From: Candidatus Levyibacteriota bacterium
Lineage (GTDB): Bacteria; Patescibacteriota; Microgenomatia; Levybacterales; UBA12049
Direction of reading: 5' to 3'
Length of the DNA stretch: 48,387 nucleotides
Assembly: GCA_016204465.1 (NCBI GenBank)
Contig: JACQKQ010000036.1
Span: forward strand, 1 to 48,387
Made by a program: the position numbers and the translations under genes. Below are positions 1-8,280 of this stretch, piece after piece. Each line of letters opens with the position of its first letter. Positions within the stretch are counted from its first letter, which is position 1. The notes under the pieces were generated by a model, which saw nothing but the letters and a program-made list of their open reading frames with translations, was not told where the DNA came from and did no database searches.

Positions 1-1005
1 ACCATCGAACGGCTTTACGGTCAGCTCATTACCGAAAAACTCATCCCCTCACTAGCTCTCAAGCTTTCTGAAGAGAATCGTGTCTTGGCGACGCACTACT
101 CTACAAGCATAGAGGGCAATCCCCTGTCACCTTACGATGTTACGAATATTGTTTTAGGCGACAAGGTTGCAACAACCAAATCAGAACGAGAGGTAAAAAA
201 CTACTTTGCTGCACTCAATCACTTGTTTCTCTTGGTAAAAAAACGTGTTGCGATCACAACAGAGCTCACGGAAGAGCTTCATGCTATTTTGATGAAAGAT
301 ATCGAAAAAGACTCTGTCGGTAAATTTCGTAGTGGCCCTGTGTTTGTCGGACACAAGACAAAGGAAGAGGTTGTTGTCAAGCACAATCCGCCGTTTCACA
401 AAGCAGAAGACATTAAAAAGGCACTGACTGCACTTTATTTGTGGCTTACACAGCAAGACGAAGAGCTGCATCCATTGATTAAAGCAGGCATTTTCCACCA
501 TGAATTTGCCTTTATCCACCCATTTTTTGACGGTAATGGCAGACTCGCTCGTTTACTCACTGCGTATTACCTTTTGCTCAAGCAGTACGAAGTGACAAAG
601 TATTTTATTCTCGACGATTATTATGATATTGACCGACACCAGTATTCTGACATTCTGCATACCGCAGACGAGGGTGATAAAACACAGTGGCTTGAGTATT
701 TTTTAGAAGGTATTAGCTATTCGCTGCAGGCTGCTTTGGCAAGAATAAAAGAATTATCAGGTGCAAAACTCGATGAGGTTACCGGCGAAAAGCGTGTCCT
801 TGTCACAAATCGCGAGGAAGATGTGCTGCAGATAGTTTTAGAGAAAAAAGCAGTGAAGATGACTGATGTTTCGGAAACACTGTCCGTAACTCGCCAGCAA
901 GCCCACGCGCTCTTGGCATCGCTTGTGAAAAAAGGAATTTTGGAAAAGTTTGGCAAAACGAAAACGTCGTACTACAAGCTCGCTACAAACCAAGTTGCTT
1001 CTTAA
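1..1005 (+). CDS. Fic-domain protein with C-terminal winged-HTH; 5' end runs off the window
   Basis: Fic motif HPFFDGNGRLAR; STSIEGN; C-terminal LSVTRQQAHALLASLVKKG helix-turn-helix. Frame is open from base 1, upstream of the TTG at 85. Confidence 0.9.
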   Translation, partial: TIERLYGQLITEKLIPSLALKLSEENRVLATHYSTSIEGNPLSPYDVTNIVLGDKVATTKSEREVKNYFAALNHLFLLVKKRVAITTELTEELHAILMKDIEKDSVGKFRSGPVFVGHKTKEEVVVKHNPPFHKAEDIKKALTALYLWLTQQDEELHPLIKAGIFHHEFAFIHPFFDGNGRLARLLTAYYLLLKQYEVTKYFILDDYYDIDRHQYSDILHTADEGDKTQWLEYFLEGISYSLQAALARIKELSGAKLDEVTGEKRVLVTNREEDVLQIVLEKKAVKMTDVSETLSVTRQQAHALLASLVKKGILEKFGKTKTSYYKLATNQVAS

Positions 1006-1336
1006 GTGTCAACCAAAACTTTCCCCATTCCGATGCCTTCTGGTACTGTTTGAATTGCAGTTGCTCTTTTGCATCTTTTGATCCTTTCATCGGCGGGTCA
1101 ATCCAAGCCGAGAGAATAAGCCATTCCCGACGTTCGTTTTGTTTGGCAATCACAGTCACTCGTGACGGGCCAAATTGCTTGATATGACGGTATGAACCAT
1201 GTTCCCTGCCTTTTTCAACCTCATCTGGCTTTTTAAATGTATCAAGCGCTGTGTCTTGCGGCAAGCCGCGGTCTCGCATACGAATTATAGAATGCTTTGT
1301 CCAAATAAGATTGCCGTAGTATGGCGCATATTTCAT
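983..1336 (-). CDS. DUF4258-like small protein (putative RelE/BrnT-like RNase fold)
   Basis: N-terminal WTKHSIIRMRDRGL pattern and VTVIAK...WLILSAW beta-strands; resemblance recognised by eye. Confidence 0.6.
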   Translation of the reverse strand: MKYAPYYGNLIWTKHSIIRMRDRGLPQDTALDTFKKPDEVEKGREHGSYRHIKQFGPSRVTVIAKQNERREWLILSAWIDPPMKGSKDAKEQLQFKQYQKASEWGKFWLTLKKQLGL

Positions 1337-1382
1337 CTTGTTTGCTACGTTGTGATCAACTACAATAATACCTTATCACACA

Positions 1383-2354
1383 ATGCGAAACAAGCTGTCT
1401 CCTTTCATTTCAGCCTTGGCTGTATTCATTATCGCAGTTTCTTTGATGATGCTTTTTTTAGCGTCAAAACAGCAAGGGTCAAAAAAAATAATTTACTCTC
1501 CTGTTCCAGATTTCTTAAGCCTTTCACAAAACAAACAAGTCGTAACAACTGCAATATTTACTCCAAATATTCCTAAAGAAACGGTATTGGGAGTCTTTAC
1601 AGAGTCGCTTTCTTCTGAAGCAGCGCTCGTGTACGATTTGACTACGCAAAAAACATTTTACGCAAAAAATCAAACAAAACGTTTGCCGATGGCGTCGCTT
1701 ACAAAAGTGATGACAGCAATTATTGCCATAGAAAATCAAGTGCCAGACGATCGTTACCTTGTGACAAAAGAAGCGCTTGTTGGCGAAGACAGTATGGGAG
1801 CAACTCCAGGGGAAACGTATTCGCTTGAGGAACTATTATATGGGCTTATACTTGTTTCCGGAAACGATGCGGCAGAGGTACTGGCAATGCATTTCAAAGG
1901 AGGAAGAAATGCGTTTATCGCTGCTATGAACGAAAAAGCACGCTCGCTTGGAGCGCTTGATACGCATTTTACAAACCCAACAGGTTTACAGGGAGACGGT
2001 GATCAATACACAACGGCGCAAGATTTACTTGTTATAACTGCATATGCAATCGAACGCTTTCCCCTGTTTATAAAAGTAGTAAGTACATACGAGAAAACAC
2101 TTCCTTACAGTCAAAAACATAAAGCATTATTTCTTTACAATGAAACCAATTTACGCACTTCATATCCTGGCATTAAAGGGGTCAAAACTGGTTACACACC
2201 GGAGGCTGGATTGTGTTTGATTACCTATCTTGACTATAAAGGCCACAAAATTATTGGCGTGTTGCTTGGAAGCAGTAATCGGCGTGAAGAAATGCGTGAG
2301 CTTCTTAACTACAGCCTTCGCTCGCAAGGAGTTGAACCACCAATTGCAGATTAG
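1383..2354 (+). CDS. D-alanyl-D-alanine carboxypeptidase (peptidase S11)
   Basis: N-terminal TM anchor; SxxK (ASLTK), SxN (SGN) and KTG motifs. Confidence 0.92.
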   Translation: MRNKLSPFISALAVFIIAVSLMMLFLASKQQGSKKIIYSPVPDFLSLSQNKQVVTTAIFTPNIPKETVLGVFTESLSSEAALVYDLTTQKTFYAKNQTKRLPMASLTKVMTAIIAIENQVPDDRYLVTKEALVGEDSMGATPGETYSLEELLYGLILVSGNDAAEVLAMHFKGGRNAFIAAMNEKARSLGALDTHFTNPTGLQGDGDQYTTAQDLLVITAYAIERFPLFIKVVSTYEKTLPYSQKHKALFLYNETNLRTSYPGIKGVKTGYTPEAGLCLITYLDYKGHKIIGVLLGSSNRREEMRELLNYSLRSQGVEPPIAD

Positions 2355-2397
2355 TTGTTGCTCGCAGCCTCATTATGCGGTAAAATGTGTCTTGCAG

Positions 2398-2481
2398 GCT
2401 GCGGTGGTGGAATGGTAGACACAAGGGCCTTAAGAGCCCTCGTCCGTAAAGGACGTGAGAGTTCGACTCTCTCCCGCAGCA
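2398..2481 (+). tRNA. tRNA-Leu(TAA)
   Basis: Acceptor GCTGCGG/CCGCAGC, anticodon arm AGGGC-CTTAAGA-GCCCT, long variable arm, GTTCGA T-loop; CCA not encoded. Confidence 0.95.
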
Positions 2482-2504
2482 CATCTGCATAGCAGATTTC
2501 GGAT

Positions 2505-2637
2505 ATGTTCAGCGCATACATTCTTCGAAGTCTTAGATAATCCAAGAAAATCATACGTTGGACTAACGATTAAAAAGATTAATGAGCGATTAGCAGAACA
2601 TAACAATGGTTTCTCAAATTTTAAAATCAGGTTTTAG
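2505..2637 (+). pseudogene. Frameshifted, truncated GIY-YIG nuclease remnant
   Basis: ATG at 2505 reads MFSAYILRSL, then stops. Another frame continues NPRKSYVGLT..INERLAEHNNG, giving the YIL..Y.G.T...RL.EHN.G signature. Confidence 0.7.
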
Positions 2638-2703
2638 TTATAAATTAAGAAAGTTAATTTTAGATAATTACGAACAGATAAAATAAAATTCTGCTCTGCA
2701 GAA

Positions 2704-2777
2704 CGGGGAGTAGCTCAGCTGGCTAGAGCGCGCGGTTTGGGACCGTGAGGCCGGAGGTTCGAATCCTCTCTCCCCGA
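2704..2777 (+). tRNA. tRNA-Pro(TGG)
   Basis: Acceptor CGGGGAG/CTCCCCG, anticodon loop TTTGGGA, GGTTCGAATCC. Confidence 0.95.
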
Positions 2778-2905
2778 CTTTTCGCATTATGACATCCGAT
2801 TAGGTTACAAAACTCTACTTTGCCTTGAGTAAATAACCCCATTTTGTTATACTAACATGGCGTTTGCACTAAGGAAGTTTACACTGAGGAGCGAAGTGAC
2901 GAAGC

Positions 2906-2977
2906 GCGGGAGTAGTTCAGTGGTAGAATGTCTCCCTTCCAAGGAGAAGGTCGCCGGTCCGAATCCGGTCTCCCGCT
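2906..2977 (+). tRNA. tRNA-Gly(TCC)
   Basis: Acceptor GCGGGAG/CTCCCGC, anticodon arm TCTCC-CTTCCAA-GGAGA; T-loop reads TCCGAAT. Confidence 0.92.
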
Positions 2978-3168
2978 CACTTGACTTTTTCAAAAGAGTT
3001 AGCATCCTCAATAATTAAATCGCGCTTTGTAAAAGCGGTAGAAGCTTTTCAATAATTTCATCAATCACTTCTCTAGCAAAAACAGAGGATTTTGTAAATG
3101 ATCCTTTCAGTTTATATAATTAGCTAAAATATAGTAAAAAATCATCAGGAATATGTTAAACTCAACTT

Positions 3169-3960
3169 ATGTACTTAATTTTTGATATTGGCGGGACTCA
3201 GATCAAGTTGGCTATTTCTTCTGACGGACAGAATTTAGATAAAACTAAAACAATTCCTACTCAGCAAGACTTTTACCGGGCTATCACTGCTATAAAAGAA
3301 GCTGCTTTTGAATTATCAGGCGGGGAACCATTTCAAGCAGCTGCGGGCGGAGCCAGGGCCTTAGATCAAACTAAAACTAAACTTGTTAACCGATCACACT
3401 TCCCCCTTTGGGTTGATGCACCTTTAAAGGGAAAACTTGAAGAGGTGCTGAATACTCGGGTCAAACTGGAAAATGATGCGGCAGTGGCAGGATTAGGGGA
3501 AACTCTTTTCGGAGCAGGAAAGGACTATCGGATAGTAGTTTATATAACAGTCAGCACGGGTATAGGCGGAGCAAGAATCGTGGAGGGAAAAATTGACCAA
3601 AATACTCTGGGTTTTGAACCTGGGAATCAAATTATTACTTTAGAGGGAGACACTTTGGAATCTTTAATTTCCGGGGTATCCCTGGAAAGAAAATATGGTC
3701 AAAAGCCTCAGGAAATCAATGATCCTGGGATTTGGGATAGTGTCGCCAGAATTTTAGCCATAGGTTTAAACAATTCAGTTGTTCACTGGTCACCCGATAT
3801 AATTATCCTGGGAGGAAGTGTTTCAGAAAGCATACCCCTGGATAAGGTTAACGGTTACCTTAGGCAGTTTCTGACTGTCTTTCCCGAACCTCCCAAAATA
3901 ACCAAATCTGCTTTGGGCAGTCAAGCAGGGCTTTTAGGTGCCTTAAAACTTTTGACCTGA
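3169..3960 (+). CDS. ROK family sugar kinase (glucokinase-like)
   Basis: DIGGT, ENDA, TVSTGIGG and GFEPG motifs; lacks the CxCGxxGC zinc motif. Confidence 0.9.
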   Translation: MYLIFDIGGTQIKLAISSDGQNLDKTKTIPTQQDFYRAITAIKEAAFELSGGEPFQAAAGGARALDQTKTKLVNRSHFPLWVDAPLKGKLEEVLNTRVKLENDAAVAGLGETLFGAGKDYRIVVYITVSTGIGGARIVEGKIDQNTLGFEPGNQIITLEGDTLESLISGVSLERKYGQKPQEINDPGIWDSVARILAIGLNNSVVHWSPDIIILGGSVSESIPLDKVNGYLRQFLTVFPEPPKITKSALGSQAGLLGALKLLT

Positions 3961-4089
3961 CCTACTTTTCATAGAATCCTAATCAAATCTGCCGTAATAT
4001 AACCGCCGCCTATAATTACCAGATGTCTGGCTGTAATTCGTACATAAAATCTGGTAAAATGATTACTAGCCGGATTGGGGGTGATAATA

Positions 4090-4341
4090 ATGGATAAACC
4101 AATAGGCAAAGTCGCCCATTACTACGATAAAATAGGGGTCGCTGTAGTTGACATAACAACCGGCGCAATTAAGATTGGGGATTCGATCAAATTCAAATTA
4201 GGGGACGATGAGTTTTCGCAAGTAGTGGAGTCACTGCAAATGGAGCACAAATCCGTATCGTCTGTAAAAAAAGGCGACTCCTTTGGATTAAAGGTTAGCG
4301 AGCCAACAAAACGGGGAACGCTTGTTTATTTAGTTTCGTAG
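4090..4341 (+). CDS. Small EF-Tu domain-II-like beta-barrel protein (translation-elongation-factor-like)
   Basis: IGKVAHYYDKIGVAV...LQMEHKSV...KGDSFGLKV pattern; ATG at 4090 preferred over TTG at 4075. Confidence 0.7.
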   Translation: MDKPIGKVAHYYDKIGVAVVDITTGAIKIGDSIKFKLGDDEFSQVVESLQMEHKSVSSVKKGDSFGLKVSEPTKRGTLVYLVS

Positions 4342-4392
4342 CGTAATTTAGTATAATATAAGTAAGCTTGCGCTGATGAGCGAAGCGAAGAA

Positions 4393-4466
4393 GCGCCCAT
4401 AGCTCAATTGGATAGAGCAAGTCGGTTCTAACGATTAGGTTGGGGGTTCGAGTCCCTCTGGGCGCG
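4393..4466 (+). tRNA. tRNA-Arg(TCT)
   Basis: Acceptor GCGCCCA/TGGGCGC, anticodon arm AGTCG-GTTCTAA-CGATT (G at position 32), GGTTCGAGTCC. Confidence 0.9.
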
Positions 4467-4501
4467 CAGCGTAATAAATTACTTCGTAATTTAAACGCTG
4501 C
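4466..4501 (+). terminator. Long hairpin directly after tRNA-Arg
   Basis: GCAGCGT-AA-TAAATTAC-TTC-GTAATTTA-AACGCTGC inverted repeat; no clear U-tract. Confidence 0.45.
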
Positions 4502-4552
4502 TGAGACGTAAAAATCTTTGATTTTGTGCGTCTCGCCATTTACACTTTTGTT

Positions 4553-5221
4553 ATGATTCCGATTTCAGACTCAATTCGCGCGCATCGGTTTCCCCTACTT
4601 AATATTTCTCTTATTGCCGCCAACATTTTTGTTTTCTACCTACAATTTAGCGCAGTTAACCCTGATTTATTTATTCTCCAATACGCTCTCATTCCATCGC
4701 AGATAAACATTTCGGATTTTTCAACGTTCTATCCTTTTGTCACGGCGATGTTTCTGCATGGCGGTATTTTGCATATAGCATCTAACATGCTCTTTTTATG
4801 GGTTTTTGGCGACAATGTCGAGACCCACTTTGGGTGGCTCTTTTTCTTGCCTGTATATTTTATTTCAGGAATTGTCGGTAATGCCGTTCAGTATATGTTG
4901 AATCCTACCTCAACAATTCCCATGATTGGGGCGTCTGGCGCAGTTGCCGGCATGCTTGGCGCCTACTACGTACTCTTCCCCCATGCTCGAATAAAAACAT
5001 TGATACCGTTTTTTGGTTTTTTTTCCGTTATTGAAATTCCAGCCGGCTTTATGCTTGGGTATTGGTTTGTCTTGCAGATCCTATCCGGTGCTGTTTCGCT
5101 GCCAATGATGGATTCCCAAACCGGTGGTATTGCGTTTTTTGCGCACATTGGCGGATTTGCTGCAGGTGTCCTTTTTGCACAACTGCATCCAAGAGACAAA
5201 GTTCATTCGCTGTCATCTTGA
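4553..5221 (+). CDS. Rhomboid family intramembrane serine protease
   Basis: HIASNMLFLWVFG, GASG catalytic Ser, AHIGG catalytic His; multiple TM segments. Confidence 0.93.
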   Translation: MIPISDSIRAHRFPLLNISLIAANIFVFYLQFSAVNPDLFILQYALIPSQINISDFSTFYPFVTAMFLHGGILHIASNMLFLWVFGDNVETHFGWLFFLPVYFISGIVGNAVQYMLNPTSTIPMIGASGAVAGMLGAYYVLFPHARIKTLIPFFGFFSVIEIPAGFMLGYWFVLQILSGAVSLPMMDSQTGGIAFFAHIGGFAAGVLFAQLHPRDKVHSLSS

Positions 5222-5229
5222 ACTTGGTT

Positions 5230-5445
5230 ATGAACGAAGTTGGAAGAATAATTATATTCATCGGTGCAATTTTGATTATTCTTGGAATTATACTGACGTT
5301 TGCGCCAAAAGTGCCGCTTATAGGCAAACTTCCGGGAGATATCTTTATCAAACGAGACGGCTTTACCTTCTACTTTCCACTTGCTACATCAATAATCATC
5401 AGCATAATCCTCACGATTCTTTTCAACTTTTTTTCGAGGAAATAA
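5230..5445 (+). CDS. DUF2905-like small membrane protein
   Basis: Two TM helices around the GKLPGDIFIKRDGFTFYFPLATSIIIS signature; real start is the internal ATG of ORF 5062..5445. Confidence 0.85.
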   Translation: MNEVGRIIIFIGAILIILGIILTFAPKVPLIGKLPGDIFIKRDGFTFYFPLATSIIISIILTILFNFFSRK

Positions 5446-5548
5446 TCCAAGATTATAACAGATTCGTATTTGCAATCTTGTAAGCTATGTAAACTAAGAA
5501 GTTTTTGCTCCTTGCATGGATTTCGCATTTAATGTAGTATTTTGAATA

Positions 5549-5911
5549 ATGAACGATAATAAATTGTTAAACCAAATTGGAGATTTGATAGACGAAAAAT
5601 TGAAGCCAATTCAAGACGATCTTGGTGGAGTAAGAGAAGATATTAGTGACGTTAAAAAAGATGTAAATGTCGTTAAGGCTGATATACGTGGAGTTAAGAC
5701 CGAGATGCAGGGTGTTAAGGCTGATATATATGCCGTTAAACAGCAGCTGGAAACCGTTGAGATAAAGGTTGAAGTAGTAAATAAAAGAGTAGAACAGGCG
5801 CAAGAAGAAACAATAAATGCGCTTTCAGAGATTATTCATGAAGGGTACAACATGCATGAGAAAAGAATTAAAAAAATCGAAGACCAACTGAACCCTCCAC
5901 AAGCACAATAA
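5549..5911 (+). CDS. Hypothetical coiled-coil protein with heptad (D-I/V-x-x-V-K) repeats
   Basis: 120 aa; EDISDVK/KDVNVVK/ADIRGVK/ADIYAVK periodicity. Confidence 0.75.
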   Translation: MNDNKLLNQIGDLIDEKLKPIQDDLGGVREDISDVKKDVNVVKADIRGVKTEMQGVKADIYAVKQQLETVEIKVEVVNKRVEQAQEETINALSEIIHEGYNMHEKRIKKIEDQLNPPQAQ

Positions 5912-5949
5912 TACCATTCCGTTAGTTTAGTTTCATAAGGATAATTTTT

Positions 5950-6108
5950 ATCCGCCTTCGCAGAACACCACGGGTTTACCCGTAGATGAATGTACAAGAA
6001 TGCTTCGGCGGATGTCGCCCAAATGCGGTGAGGCGGACCCTTCCGTAGTTCTGCATTGCAGAACGAAGGAGGGTATTATGGGCATCACGGCTTTAGACGT
6101 GGGCTCCA
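5950..6108. repeat. Composite palindromic element (IS200/IS605-end-like and REP-like hairpins)
   Basis: ATCCGCC(5950)/GGCGGAT(6007) inverted repeat enclosing ACGGG-TTTA-CCCGT; TTCTGC-ATT-GCAGAA hairpin; CACG-GCTTTAGA-CGTG; no transposase ORF. Confidence 0.55.
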
Positions 6109-6171
6109 TAAAACCTCTTTCTCTGTGTTGACAAACTTTTATTTACAGTCCGTGATATAATATTACATGTA

Positions 6172-6462
6172 ATGAAAAACGTCCATATTCAATTCTCATT
6201 ACCAGTATCAATTTTAAAAGAAGGCGACACTTTTGTTGCTTATACTCCAGCATTGGATTTATCTACTGCAGGTGAAACTTTTGAAGAAACACAAAAGAAC
6301 TTTGCTGAAGCTGTTAATATTTTTTTTGGTGAACTAGTAGAGATGGGAACGGTTGATGAGGTTCTTATTGGTTTAGGATGGCAAAAGCAAAATAATACAT
6401 TTGTTCCTCCTACTGTAGTGGCTAATCAAACTAAAAGCTTTTCTATTCCACTTGCAAACTAA
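6172..6462 (+). CDS. hicB: HicB-family antitoxin
   Basis: FVAYTPALDLSTAGETFEETQKNFAEAV partial RNase H-fold pattern; adjacent to hicA. Confidence 0.8.
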   Translation: MKNVHIQFSLPVSILKEGDTFVAYTPALDLSTAGETFEETQKNFAEAVNIFFGELVEMGTVDEVLIGLGWQKQNNTFVPPTVVANQTKSFSIPLAN

Positions 6463-6464
6463 TT

Positions 6465-6695
6465 ATGCCTGCAGTAACTCCTGTTAAATGGAAAGAATTT
6501 GAGAAATTTATTTTATTTGTAGGTTGTGAATTCAAAAGACAAAGCGGAGGGCATAGAATATATACAAGAGCAGGATTAAATAGACCATTGGTAGTTCCTG
6601 CGCATGGTACAATACCAATATTTGTTATAAGGAATAATCTAAGATTATTAGGAATTACTCCAGAACAATACTTTGAAATCTTAAAGAAAATATAA
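6465..6695 (+). CDS. hicA: HicA-family toxin (mRNA interferase)
   Basis: 76 aa; RQSGGHRIY..LVVPAH..IRNNLR dsRBD-fold HicA pattern with conserved His. Confidence 0.85.
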   Translation: MPAVTPVKWKEFEKFILFVGCEFKRQSGGHRIYTRAGLNRPLVVPAHGTIPIFVIRNNLRLLGITPEQYFEILKKI

Positions 6696-6751
6696 TTTGC
6701 AGCGGTTCAACAATCCCGTTCAGTGGTATTAAAAATTGAGGCTAAATTTTT

Positions 6752-6827
6752 TGGGGTGACCGAGGGGAATCGAACCCCCAACCCTTAGGACCACAACCTA
6801 ATGCTCTGCCGTTGAGCTACGGCCACC
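6752..6827 (-). tRNA. tRNA-His(GTG) with encoded G-1 and CCA
   Basis: Reverse complement G-GTGGCCG...TTAGG-TTGTGGT-CCTAA...CGGTCAC-C-CCA. Confidence 0.95.
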
Positions 6828-7044
6828 AGGAATATAATGTTCTCCAAAAAAGTATACCATAGAAGGATATATTTTTCTACAACTCATCCGATATTGGATC
6901 GGAATAGCCTTGCGAAGCGGTTAGATTTGCGCCTTCAGGCGTATTTTTTAGACACTTAAGATATTATTTTTATAAGAATCTACTGTCAGAATTACGTTTG
7001 GTGTTTGTCAAGATACGACTTATGTGTTATTGTAATGTTGTTGT

Positions 7045-8280
7045 ATGGACAAGATAGACGTGCTCGTACACAAGGCAGTGTTTGCAGAGTCAGACAAAGA
7101 AAAACAACAAGCACGCAAAAAGATTAGGAAACTTGCAAAAGAACAAAACATACTCCCTGCATCAATCCACAACTTCTATACAGCAATCGGCACTAATACA
7201 ATTTCTCACAATTTTACCGTTCCGGCAATTAATATTCGTGCCCTTACCTACGATACAGCGCGAGTCATTTTTTCACTCATGATTCAGCAGAACATAGGGC
7301 CTGTTATTTTTGAAATAGCACGGTCGGAAATTGGCTATACCGCACAAAGGCCAGATGAGTATGCAATTGTTGTTCTGGCAGCGGCGATTAAAGAGGGATA
7401 TAAGGGCACTGTCTTTTTACAAGGCGACCACATTCAGTTTTCTGCCCGTCGCTACAAGGAAGAACCGCAAGAAGAGACAGAAAAAATTATCGCTCTGGTT
7501 GATGAAGCCATTGACGCGCAATTTTTCAATATTGATATTGATGCGTCAACGCTTGTTGACCTTTCCAAGACTCCGTTTGATTTACAGCAGAAAGCAAATT
7601 ACATCGTAACTGCAGCGCTTACCGACCACATTCGGAAAAAGCAGCCAAAAGATATGGTTATCTCCATTGGCGGTGAAATAGGACACATTGGCGGAAAAAA
7701 TAGCACACCGGAAGACTTGGTTGCGTTTATGGAAGGGTATAAAAAGCTCATTGGCCAAAAAATTGGCATTAGCAAAATAAGCGTCCAAACCGGCACAACA
7801 CACGGCGGTATTCCTTTGTCAGATGGTCACATGGCAGAGGTAAAAATTGACTTTGATGTTATTGCAAAAATTGGCGATCTTGCAAAAACGCGCTACAAAC
7901 TTGGCGGCGTTGTGCAGCACGGTGCATCAACTCTGCCGCCCGAGCTTTTTGGCGAATTTCCAAAACACAATGCGCTTGAAATCCATTTAGCAACCGGGTT
8001 TCAAAATATTGTCTACGATGGTTTGCCAAAAGAGCTGCTTTCGGAAATGTACGCGTGGGTTGAAGAAAACTGCAACAACGAATGGGAAGAGGGCTGGACA
8101 AAGGAACAATTTATCTATAAACTCCGCAAGAAAGCGCTTGGGCCGTTTAAAAAGCGCATGTGGGAACTTCCTAGCGAGCAAAAAGAGCCAATTATTGCAA
8201 GACTGCGCGAACAATTCGTAATGCTATTTGAAAAACTCAACGTGTTTAACACACGTGACTTGCTTACATTATATGTATAA
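7045..8280 (+). CDS. fba: Class II fructose-bisphosphate aldolase family protein (long form)
   Basis: QGDH, DIDAS, GEIGHIGG, GTTHGG and VQHGASTLP metal/phosphate motifs. Confidence 0.8.
   Translation: MDKIDVLVHKAVFAESDKEKQQARKKIRKLAKEQNILPASIHNFYTAIGTNTISHNFTVPAINIRALTYDTARVIFSLMIQQNIGPVIFEIARSEIGYTAQRPDEYAIVVLAAAIKEGYKGTVFLQGDHIQFSARRYKEEPQEETEKIIALVDEAIDAQFFNIDIDASTLVDLSKTPFDLQQKANYIVTAALTDHIRKKQPKDMVISIGGEIGHIGGKNSTPEDLVAFMEGYKKLIGQKIGISKISVQTGTTHGGIPLSDGHMAEVKIDFDVIAKIGDLAKTRYKLGGVVQHGASTLPPELFGEFPKHNALEIHLATGFQNIVYDGLPKELLSEMYAWVEENCNNEWEEGWTKEQFIYKLRKKALGPFKKRMWELPSEQKEPIIARLREQFVMLFEKLNVFNTRDLLTLYV

Noticed and set aside
2884-4396. Hammerhead ribozyme (CTGANGA...GAA) upstream of tRNAs
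   Set aside because: Stem II would be only 2 bp, GAAA is replaced by GAAG or GACG, and stems I/III with a cleavage triplet could not be built. A REP-derived motif is the simpler explanation.
5630-5760. Short direct repeats (GTTAAGGCTGATATA twice) as a CRISPR or VNTR
   Set aside because: They are the codon-level footprint of heptad repeats within the coiled-coil ORF.
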